Source of the DNA: Pristiophorus japonicus
Lineage: Eukaryota
Direction of reading: 5' to 3'
NCBI RefSeq assembly: GCF_044704955.1
Contig: NC_091995.1
Coordinates: 39,308,001 to 39,372,000 of the forward strand
Length of the DNA: 64,000 bases
The notes beneath the pieces are model-generated. The model was given only the letters and a program-made list of their open reading frames with translations. It was not told the origin of the DNA and searched no databases. How positions within the stretch are numbered: position 1 is the first letter of the stretch; each line of letters begins with the position of its first letter. Below, in pieces: positions 12,724-22,734 of this stretch. Both the position numbers and the translations under genes were made by a program.

Positions 12724-15700
12724 AGGTGCAAGGGTCAAGGTTGTCTCGGAGCGGGTGCAGGACATTCTGAAAAGGGAGGGTGAACAGCCAATTGTCGTGG
12801 TGCATATAGGTACCAACGATATATGTAAAAAATGGGATGAGGTCCTACGAGATGAATTTAGGGAGCTTGGAGTTAAATTAAAAAGTCGGACCTCAAAAGT
12901 AGCAATCTCAGGATTGCTACCAGTGCGACATGGTATTCAGAGCAGGAAGCGCAGGATCGCTCAGATGAATACATGGCTTCAGCAGTGGTGCAGAAGGGAG
13001 TGATTCAAATTCCTGGGTCATTGGAACCGGTTCTGTGGGAGGTGGGACCAGTACAAACCGGACGGTCTGCACCTGGGCAGGACCGGAACCAATGTCTGAG
13101 GGGGAGTGTTTGCTAGTGCTGTTGGGGAGGAGTTAAACTAATGTGGCAGGGGGATGGGAACCTATGCAGGGAGACAGAGGGAAATAAAATGGACTCAGAA
13201 GCAAAAGATAGAAAGGAGAATAGTAAAAGTGGAGGGCAGAGAAAGCTCAGGCAAAAATCAAAAAGGGTCACATTACAGGAAAATTCTAAAGGGGCAAATC
13301 CTGTGAAAAAGACAAGCCTGAAGGCTCTGTGCTTCAATGCGAGGAGTATTCGGAATAAGGTGGACGAATTAACTGCGCAGATACCAGTTAACGGGAATGA
13401 TGTAATTGGCATCACGGAGACATTGGTCGAGGGTGACCAAGGCTGGGAACTCAGCATCCAAGGGTATTCAGCATTTAGGATGGATAGATGGAAAGGAAAA
13501 GGAGGCACGGTGGCATTGCTGATTAAAGAGGAAATTAATGCAATCGTAAGGAGGGACATTAGCCTGGATGATGTAGAATCGATATGGGTGGAGCTGCGGA
13601 ATTTGAAAGAGCCGAAAACGCTCGTGGGAGTTGTGTACAGACCACCAAACAGAAGTAATGAGATTGGGGACAGCATCAAACAAGAAATAAGAGATGTGTG
13701 CAATAAAGGTACAGCAGTTATCATGGGCGACTTTAATCTACATATTGATTGGACTAATCAAACTGGAAGCAATGCGGTGGAGGAGGATTTCCTGGAGTGT
13801 ATTTGGGATAGTTTTCCACACCAAAATGTCGAGGAGCCAATTGGAGAGCTGGCCATGCTAGACTGGGTGATGTGTAATGAGAAGGGACTAATTAGCAATC
13901 ATGTTTTGCGAGGCCCCTTGGGGAAGAGTGACCACAATATGTTAGAATTCTTTATTAAGATGGAGAGTGACATAGTAAATTCGGAAACTAGTGCCCTGAA
14001 CTTAAGGAAAGGTAACTTTGACGGTATGTATCGCGAATTGGCTAGAATAGACTGGCAAAGGATACTTAAAGGGTTGACGGTAGATAAGCAATGGCAAACA
14101 TTTAAAGATCACATGGATGAAGTTCAGCAATTGTACATCCCTGTCTGGAGTAAAAATAAAACAGGGAAGGTGGCTCATCCATGGATAACAAGGGAAATTA
14201 AGGATCGTGTTAAAGCCAAGGAAGAGGCATATAATTTGGCGAGAAAAAGCAACAAACCTAAAGACTGGGAGAAATTTAGAATTCAACAGAGGAAGACTAA
14301 GAGTTTAATTAAGAGGGGGAAAATAGAGCATGAAAGGAAGCTTGCAAGGAACATAAAAACTGACTGCAAAAGCTTCTATAAATATGTGAAGAGAAAAAGA
14401 TTAGTGAAGACAAACCTAGGCCCTTGCAGTCGGATTCAGGTGAATTTATAATGGGGAACAAAGAAATGGCAGACCAATTGAACAAATACTTCAGTTCTGA
14501 CTTCACTAAGGAAGACATAAATAACCTTCCGTATGTACTAGGGGACAGAAGGTCTAGTGAGAAGGAGGAACTGAAGGATATCCTTATCAGGTGGGAAATT
14601 GTGTTAGGGAAATTGATGGGATTGAAGGCCGATAAATTCCCGGGGCCTGATAGTCTGCTACCCAGAGTACTTAAGGAAGTGGCCCTAGAATTCGTGGATG
14701 CATTGGTGATCATTTTCCAACAGTCTATTGACTCTGGATCAGTGCCTATGGACTGGAGGGTAGCTAATGTAAAACCACTTTTTTAAGAAGGAGGGACAGA
14801 GAAAACGGATAACTATAGACCGGTTAGCCTGACATCAGTAGTGGGGAAAATCATTAAGGATGAAACAGCAGCGACAGGATTGGACCAAGTCAGCATGGAT
14901 TTATGAAACATAAATCATGCTTGACGAATCTTCTGGAATTTTTTGAGGATGTAACTAGCAGAGTGGATAAGGGAGAACAGTGGTTGTAACAAGGTCCCGC
15001 ACAAGGGATTGGTGTGCAAAATCAAAGCGCATGGTATTGGGGGTAATGTACTGATGTGGATAGAGAACTGGTTGGCTGACAGGAAGCAGAGTATCGGGAT
15101 ATACAGGTCCTTTTCAGAATGGCAGGCAGTGACTCGTGGAGTGCCGCAGGACTCAGTGCTGGGACCTCAGCTCTTTAGAATATACATTAACGATTTAGAT
15201 GAAGGAATTGTGTGTAATATCTCCAAGTTTGCGGATGATACTAAACTAGGTGGTGGTGTGAGCTGTGAGGAGGACTCTAAGAGGCTGCAGGGTGACTTGG
15301 AAAGGTTAGGTGAGTGGGCAAATGCATGGCAGATTCAGTATAATGTGGATAAATGTGAGGTTATCCATTTTGGGGGCAAAAACACGAAGGCAGAATATTA
15401 TCTGGATGGCGGCAGATTAGGAAAAGGGGAGGAGTAACGAGACATGGGTGTCATGTTTCATCAGTCACTGAAAGTGGGCATGCAGGTAAGGCAGGCGGTG
15501 AAGAAGGCAAATGGTATGTTGGCCTTCATAGCTAGGGGATTTGAGTATAGGAGCAGGGTGGTCTTACTGCAGTTGTACAGGGCCTTGGTGAGCCATCACC
15601 TGGAATATTGTGTTCAGTTTTGGTCTCCTAATCTGAGGAAGGACGTTCTTGCTATTGAGGGAGTGCAGCGAATGTTCACCAGACTGATTCCAGGGATCGG

Positions 15701-16163
15701 TGGGCTGTCGTATGAGGAGAAACTGAATCAACTGGGCCTTTATTCACTGGAGTTTAGAAGGATGAGAGGGGATCTCATAGAAACGTATAAGATTGTGACG
15801 GGACTGGACAGGTTAGATGTGGGAAGAATGTTCCCGATGTTGGGGAAGTCCAGAACCAGGAGACATCGTCTTAGGCTAAAGGGTAGGCCATTTATGACTG
15901 AGATGAGGAAAAACTTATTCACTCAGAGAGTTGTTAACCTACGGAATTCCCTGCCGCAGAGAGTTTTTGATGCCAGTTCATTGGATATATTCAAGAGGGA
16001 GTTAGATATGACCCTTATGCCTAAAAGGATCAAGGTGTATTGAGTGACAACAGGAAAGGGGTACTGAGGGAATGATCAGCCATGATCTTATTGAATGGCG
16101 GTGCAGGCTCGAAGGGCCGAATGGCCTACTCCTGCATCTATTTTCTATATTTCTATGTTTCTA
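12724..16163 (+). mobile_element. CR1 LINE, 5'-truncated inside ORF1
   Basis: ORF1 C-terminus (VHIGTND...DGLHL...EELN*), ORF2, 3'UTR hairpin and TTTCTATG-type tail ending at 16163. Absent from the duplicate at ~54560. Confidence 0.93.
13141..16043 (+). pseudogene. CR1 ORF2 (APE endonuclease plus reverse transcriptase), several frameshifts and stops
   Basis: NARSIRNK, GITET, MGDFN, SDH endonuclease motifs; GVPQDSVLGP, FADD RT motifs across ORFs 13141-14451, 14424-14786, 15009-15437, 15444-16043. Confidence 0.92.
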
Positions 16164-16164
16164 A

Positions 16165-16980
16165 TTGAAAAGCAATGTAAATGTTCCATGTTTATTGAAG
16201 ATTTAAAGCTAGGGGAAATGCAATTTGTGCAGAGAATGCAAAGAGGCTTTAACGTGATATAGACAGGCTAAGTGAATGGGCAAGATGATGACAAATGGAA
16301 TATAATCAGAGAAAGGTGAAGTTCCCACTGTGGTACATAAAATAGAAAAGCAGAATATGTTTAAATGGTGAGAGATTGGGAAATCTTGGTGTTCAGAGAG
16401 ACCTGGGTGTCCTTGTACATGTAGGGACCGAGTGTAACGTAGTCAAATTTGCTGATGATACAAATGGGAAAGCAAGTTGTGAAGAGTATGCGAAGAATCT
16501 GCAAAGGGTTATAGATAGAATAATTTATTGGGCAAAAATTTAGCAGCTGCAGTATAATATGATAAAATGTGAGGTTATCCACGTTGGTCAGAAAAGTAAA
16601 GAAACAAATAATTGTTTAAATGGGAGTGATAAGAAAAAGCTGCAGTACAAATAGATTGGGGGTCCTTGTATCGGCAACTCAAAAAGTAAGCATGCAGGTA
16701 CAGCAATAATTATGAACGCAAATTGAATGTTGCCCTTCATTGCAAAGGGGATGGAGTATAAATGTAAGGAAGTCTGTCTACAAGTGTACATGGTGTTGGT
16801 AACACCACACCTGGAGTAGTGCATAAAATATTCGTCTCCTTATATAAGGAAGTTATATACTTGCATTGGAGGCAGTTCAGAGAAAGTTCACGAGGTTGAT
16901 TCCTGAGATGGATGGCTTGTCATATTAAGAAAGATTGAGTATTTGGGCGTATACTCATTGGAGTTTAGAAGAACGAAAGG
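16165..16980 (+). mobile_element. Old CR1 RT fragments
   Basis: Decayed FADD/KCEVIH/GLEYK-type segments. Confidence 0.75.
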
Positions 16981-16984
16981 TGAA

Positions 16985-18940
16985 AAGAACATAAGAAACA
17001 ACGAAATATGCGCAGGAGTAGGCCATTTGGGCCCTCGAGCCTGCTCTGCCATTTAATAAGATCATGGCTGATCTGATCATGGACTCAGCTCCACTTCCCT
17101 GCCGCTCCCCATAACCCTTTATTCCCTGTTCACTCAAAAATCTCTCTATGACCCAGCCTCCACAGCTCTCTGGGGCAGAGAATTCCATCGATATACAACC
17201 CTCTGAGAGAATAAATTCCTCTTCTTCTCAGTTTAAAATAGACGGCCAGTTATTCTGAGAATATGTCCCCTAGATTTATTTCCCCGAGGAGTGGAAATAT
17301 CCTCTCTGCATCCACCTTATCGAGCCCCCTCATTATCTTAGATATTTCGATAAGATCACCTCTCATGCTTCTGAAATCCAATGAGTATAGGCACAATGTA
17401 CTCAACCTATCTTCATAAGTCAACCCCCTCATCTCCGGCATCAACCTAGTGAACCTTCTCTGATCAGCTTCCAATGCAAGTATATCCTTCCTTACCTATA
17501 TGGGCCAAACCTCTATGTAGTACACCAGGTGTGGTCTCACCAATACCCTGTTCAGTTTTAGCAGGACCTCTCTGCTTTTATACTCAATCCACGTTGCAAT
17601 AAAGACCAACATTCCATTTGCCTTTCTGATTACTTGCTGTATCTGCATACTAACTGTTTTTGCTTCATGCACAAGGACTTCCTGGCCCCTCGGTAACTTG
17701 CAATTTTTCTCCATTTAAATTATAACTTGCTTTTCTATTGTTTCTGCCTCACATTTTGCCACATTATAGTCCATTGGTCAATTTTTTGCCCACTGTCCTG
17801 TCTATATCCCTTTGCCAATTTTTTGTGTCCTCACAATTTGCTTTCCCACGCAGCAAACTTAGATACATTACACTCGGTCCCTTCATCCAAGTCATTAATA
17901 TATGTTGTAAATAGTTGAGGACCCAGCACCAATCCCTGCAGCACCCAACCACTAACCTTTTGCTAAATGACCCATTTATTCCGACTCTCTGTTTTGTTAG
18001 TTAGCCAATCCTCTATCGATGCTAATATATTACCCTCAACCGTATGAATTTTTATCTTTTACAGCCATCTTTTATGTGGCACCTTATCGAATGCCTTCTG
18101 GAAATCCAAATGCAACACATCCACTGGTTCCCCCTTATCCACCCTTCTAATTACATCCTCAAAGAACTTCAGCAAATTTTCCAAATATGATTTCCCTTTC
18201 ATAAAAACATGCTAACGCTGCTTCATTGAATGATGCTATTCCCAATGTCCTGCTGCTGCTTTCCTAATAATGCAGTCCAGCATTTTCCCAGAAACAGATG
18301 TTTGGCTAACTGGTCTATAATTTGCTACCTTTTCTCTGCCCCCATTTTTTAAAGAGGCGTGTTACATTTGCAGTTTTCCAATCCGCTGGGACCTCCCCAG
18401 AATCCAGGGCATTTTGATAGATTACAACCAATGCATCCACTAATTCTGCAGCCACTTCTTTTGAGACTCTAGGATGTAAGCCATCAGGTCCATGGGACTT
18501 GTCCGCCTTTAGTCCCATTATTTTTCTGAGCACGAGTTTTGAAGTGATAGTGATTGCCTTAAGTTCCTCTGTACCTAAAGCCCCGTGATTATTGACTTTT
18601 GTGTTGTTTGTAATGTATTCTACCGTGAAACCGATACGAAATAATTGTTGGACCATTTCCCTGTTCCCCACTATTAATTGCCCAGTCTCATTCTGTAGGG
18701 AACCAAAAATTACTTCAGCCACGCTTTTCCTTTTTACGTACCTGTAGCAACTCTAATGACCTGTTTATATAATCTATCTTAACTCTCTTTATTATTTTTT
18801 TTGGTCATTCTTTGCTGGCGTTTAATGTTTCCCAATCCTCTGGCCTCCCACTAGTCTTTGCCACATTGTATAACTTTGTTTTGAATTTGAAACAATCCCT
18901 TATTTCCTTCGTTAGCCATGGAAGGTTATCCCTTCTCTAA
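16985..18940 (-). mobile_element. CR1 LINE ((AAGAACAT)n-tail subfamily), 5'-truncated
   Basis: Tail at 16985-16998; RT peptides (GPDGLHPRVSKEVA; RGDLIEISKIMRG). Confidence 0.87.
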
Positions 18941-18944
18941 TTGA

Positions 18945-19320
18945 AAAATAAAATTCTGAAGGGGCTTGGCAGTGTAGATGCAGAAAGAATGATTCCTGCT
19001 CTGTAGCAATCTAGAACTAGGGGGCATAGAATAAAGGGTCACACTTTCAAAACGGAAATGGACACGAATTTCTTCTCTCAATGGGTCATGAATCTTTGAA
19101 GTTCTCTACCCCAGAAAGCTGTGGAGGCTCTGTTATTGAATATATTTAAGGTGGAGTGAGATATATTTTTGAATGCTAAAGGAGTCAAAGGTTATGGGGA
19201 GCAGACGGGAAGGTGGATTTGAGGCCAGGATTGCTTCAGCCATTAACTTATTGAATGGTAGAACAAGCTCGAGGGACCAAATGGCCTATTGCTGCTTCCT
19301 ATTTCTCATGTTCTTACACC
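18945..19320 (+). mobile_element. CR1 3' end fragment
   Basis: Terminal ORF2 segment and 3'UTR hairpin/tail remnants. Confidence 0.75.
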
Positions 19321-19535
19321 ATTCTATTGATCGCACTGCTGTTATCTTTTCCCAATATACATCCTGATGGCCACCTCAAAATACAAGCCTTCCACTAATA
19401 GTGGTTCTCCAGGGCCTGACTGTCGGGTCTCTCAGCTCAACAACCTGATCCACAGGGAATCTCCTAAACACTAACTAAAGGATTGGAATGAAGTGTATAG
19501 CTCTCTAGAAGAGCCAGCACAGGCACGATGGACCG

Positions 19536-19748
19536 TGTTATGTATGTAAACATCACCAATGAGTAAGACTTGCAAGCAGTGGGTGCACCTGTGGGAGACC
19601 CAAGGGTCACTTGCACACCCAGGGCAAGCAGGTATAAAAGGCAGTCTACCGCGCTGCTCCCTCACTCTGGAGTTACATTAAAGAGACCAAGGTCACAAAA
19701 GTTTGAGCTTACAATATACAGTCTTGTGGAGTTATACTGAACATAACA
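19536..19748 (+). mobile_element. Solo LTR (Gypsy-type)
   Basis: TGTTATGT...ACATAACA inverted termini, internal TATAAAA and ATTAAA, 5-bp TSD GACCG/GACTG, inserted in a CR1 3'UTR remnant. Confidence 0.88.
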
Positions 19749-20108
19749 GACTGAATTTCCTGCTTCTGTGCTGTAATATTCAATGATGGATTAAATAGGC
19801 AAAAAGGAGGCCTGCAATCGTAGACGGGATCCTTCTGCAAAATGCAATGATAACTATTTTGAGCATGAGAAGTGCGAACTCCGACTAGTTTCTCCAGAGC
19901 TGTAGCAGGTTGATGATGGGATCTTGCAGGTCACAGAAGAAGGGATAGCAGAATTGCAGATCTCCAGGTTGCACAGAACCACTGCCCCTGCAGTTTCCGC
20001 TCCCACTCTGCAGGACTTCCCAGCAATGCTGCAGGACTGTTAAAGATCTGCGGCATCAGCTGACTACAGATAACAGTGGGTCGCCTCTATTCATAAACAT
20101 CAGGATTG

Positions 20109-20360
20109 AATCGTTCACTTTTCACTTTTACCCGCTGTGTGCTGTACCTGTACAGTGCTGACTGTGAGAAACACACAGGCTGTACACGGGCGGACAGAAT
20201 CGTTCCCCTTCAGCCGCTGTGTGCTGTACATGTACTGGAGCTGACAGAGAGACCCACACGGGCTGTACTGTACCACACGGGACAGAATCGTTTCACTTTA
20301 CTCGGTGTGCTGTACATGTACAGGTGCTGAGAGTGAGAGACACACACGGTACGGGACCAG
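20109..20360. repeat. ~85-bp minisatellite, ~3 copies
   Basis: AATCGTT...GTGTGCTGTACMTGTAC...GGACAG repeated three times. Confidence 0.8.
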
Positions 20361-20384
20361 ATGGGATTGGGTTTCAATAAAGAT

Positions 20385-20710
20385 TTGATATGAAAAGGGG
20401 TTTAAAAGGGTCTTAATGTGGGTATTAAAAGGTTTTGAACAGACGTAAAAAGGAGCTTCAACAATGGAGGTTTTAAAAGTGGGTTAAAAGTCGTGTAATT
20501 GTTTTTGAAGTAGCTTAACAAAGATATGATAATGGGTTTCAAGGGATGTTGAAAAGAGAGAGCTCAACTTTTGAAAAAAAGTTTTAATGAATGTTCTTAA
20601 AAACGTGGGTTAATAGGAGGCTTAAGGGGGTTCAGGATGGGTTGGAAAGGAGAGTTGAATGGGTTTTAAAAAAGTTACAAAAATGTCATAAAAGGATGTT
20701 AAATGCTGTT
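20385..20710. repeat. Low-complexity GGGTTTTAAAA-rich repeat
   Basis: Alternating G/T/A runs. Confidence 0.6.
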
Positions 20711-20749
20711 TACACAGAGGGGGCGAGGGCTTTGGGCTCAGTGCGTTTC

Positions 20750-21010
20750 ACAGGAAGTGACCTTACCACGTAGACGCGCCGCCAACATTGCCGCTTTCTC
20801 ACCGGGCCCCGCCCACTCCGCCGCCTGTCCGGGGGTCAGGTGACTCCATCGCCCAAGAGTGCCACGCGGCCGGAGCTCTCCATCGATTGGGCCATTGCCC
20901 CGACGTGCTGCATTGTGGGATGGCATGGCCGCCTCCGATTGACCGGAAGATGTTGTAACTCCCACCCCGTGGGACAAAGTGTCCCTGAGTAATGTGGGAA
21001 AGGGGGATCC
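20750..21010 (-). promoter_or_regulatory. CpG-island-like promoter with putative micro first exon (ATG 20788, donor after 20767)
   Basis: CpG-rich. Contains a GC box CCCCGCCC, CCAAT (minus), ETS cores CCGGAAG and CAGGAAGTG, ZNF143-like CCCACAATGCA, and ATGTTGGCGGCGCGTCTACGTG|GTAAGG. Confidence 0.45.
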
Positions 21011-21204
21011 CCCTTCATTAGAGCGAGGGGGACAGTGCAGCAAACTCTGTAATACTTGATGCCTGTGTTTGACTGGAATGATCTAGAGCTGGATCCAGCC
21101 AGCTTCTGATTGATGGCCTGGCTGTTGATGAGGAAAGTCCATCAGATTTGGGTTTACCAGCAGAGTGACACCGACCGCTGTGTCTTTTAAATGAACTCAC
21201 CATG

Positions 21205-22010
21205 TTGCGGGCGCTCCTTTAAATACACAGATCAGTGACCGGGTGTCCTTTAAATGCATAGATCGTGTCCCGTGGACCATTTAAATAAGTAGATGGTGTT
21301 CCGGGGTGGGATGGGGGTAACGGAGCTTCTTTAAATACACATCAGTTATTGGGGTCCTTTAAATTTGCACTTCAGTTTTTGGGAGCCATTTAAATACACA
21401 GATCGGTTTCTGGGTTCACAGGTGGTCATTGAAATATGTCGATCGGTATCCAGGGTGTCCTTTAATTTCCAGGGGGTCCCGGGGGTCCCCGGGAAATCAT
21501 TAAATACTCAGATCAGATTCCAGGAATCCTTTAAATACATAGATTGGGCTTAGGGTCCATTAAGTATACCTCTGATTCTTGGTTCTTTTGAATATACAGA
21601 TTGGGTTCCAGGAGTGTTTCAATAGACACACCAGGGTGGGGGGTGGGCATTATTGAAATACACAGACGGGGACAACAAATATTGTACAATGAATGGCCTT
21701 TAAAATCACAGGACGGGTTCCATGGGCTCCGTTAAATCCACAGATTGGAGATTGGGTTCTTTAAATTCACAAACTGGTTTCAGTGGGTTATTTAAGTATG
21801 TAGATCAGGATTCTGGGTCTACTTTTCAGATACAGATCGGGTTTCAGGGTCATTAAATACACAGATTGGATTCTGGATTATCATATATATACAGTATATA
21901 TATAGATCCAATTCCCGAGGGTTATTTAAATATACAGAGCCAGTTTTGGGATGGGTGTATTAAATATACAGCTCATTAAATGGAGGTTCCTTCAAATACA
22001 CAGCTGAGTT
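21205..22010 (+). repeat. Satellite B, ~31-32-bp unit (TTTAAATACACAGATCGGGTTCCGGGGTCC); remnants also at ~22600-22700 and ~25835-25900
   Basis: TTTAAATACACAG recurs with ~31-32 nt period. Confidence 0.85.
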
Positions 22011-22014
22011 GATC

Positions 22015-22595
22015 TGATGAACCTGTATAAAACACTGGTTCGGCATCAACTGGGATATTGTGTCCAATTCTGGCACCACACTGGAGGAAGGAAGTGAAGT
22101 CATTAGAGGGGGTGAAAACCAGTTTTCGAGAATGATTCCAGGGATGAGGGATTTCAGTAACGTTCAGAGACGAGAGAAGCTGAGGTTTGTCCCCTTTGCG
22201 AGAAGGCTGAGAGGAGATTTGATAGAGGTATTCAAAATCATGAGGCGTCTCGAAGGAATAGATAGAGAAAATTTGTTCCCGTTGGCAGAAGGGTCGAGAA
22301 CCGGAGGTCACAGATTTAAGGTGATTGGCGAAAGAAACAAAGACGATATAAAAACAAACGTTTTTACATAGCGAGTGGTTAGGATCTGAAATGAACTACC
22401 TGAAACGCTGGTGGAGGCAAACTCAATCACTGCTTTGAACAGCGAGTTGGATAAGCAGCAGAAAGAAAGCATAACTTACAGGGCTACAGGGAAAGAGTAG
22501 GCGTGTGGTACTAGATCAGGTGATCTTGCAGAGAGCCGGCATGGGATCAGCAAGGCAATGTACTTCCTCCGTGCTGGCACCATTCTATGATTCGC
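22015..22595 (+). mobile_element. CR1 3' fragment inserted in satellite B
   Basis: RRLRGDLIEVFKIMR...RTGGHRFKV peptide and ATTCTATG tail. Confidence 0.85.
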
Positions 22596-22734
22596 AGTTT
22601 CCAGTTGTCTTTTAATGAACAGGTCATGTCACAGAGGGTCAATTAAATCCACATTTTGGGAACCCAGGGGATATTTAAACAAACAGGTCGGCAAACGGGA
22701 TTATTTGAATATTGGTTGAAGCATAATCCGATCT

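Larger units (their letters stand above)
1..16419 (+). repeat. Segmental duplication copy 1 (paralogous to 28667-54827)
   Basis: Position 1 TCCTGCTGAGCCAAGTCTCC recurs at 28667. Both copies show the same order: GPCR exon 1, RTE fragment, satellite, RTE fragment, old CR1 with embedded SINE. Homology ends at ...TTGTACA (16419/54827). Confidence 0.93.

Noticed and set aside
13113-13724. Long antisense ORFs over CR1/RTE ORF2 (also 30287-30847, 44447-44944, 11165-11647)
   Set aside because: These are shadow frames of LINE coding sequence, with inconsistent starts and stops between copies.
21018-21203. Possible coding exon next to the CpG island
   Set aside because: No recognisable motif, no convincing splice-site pair, and short frames only.
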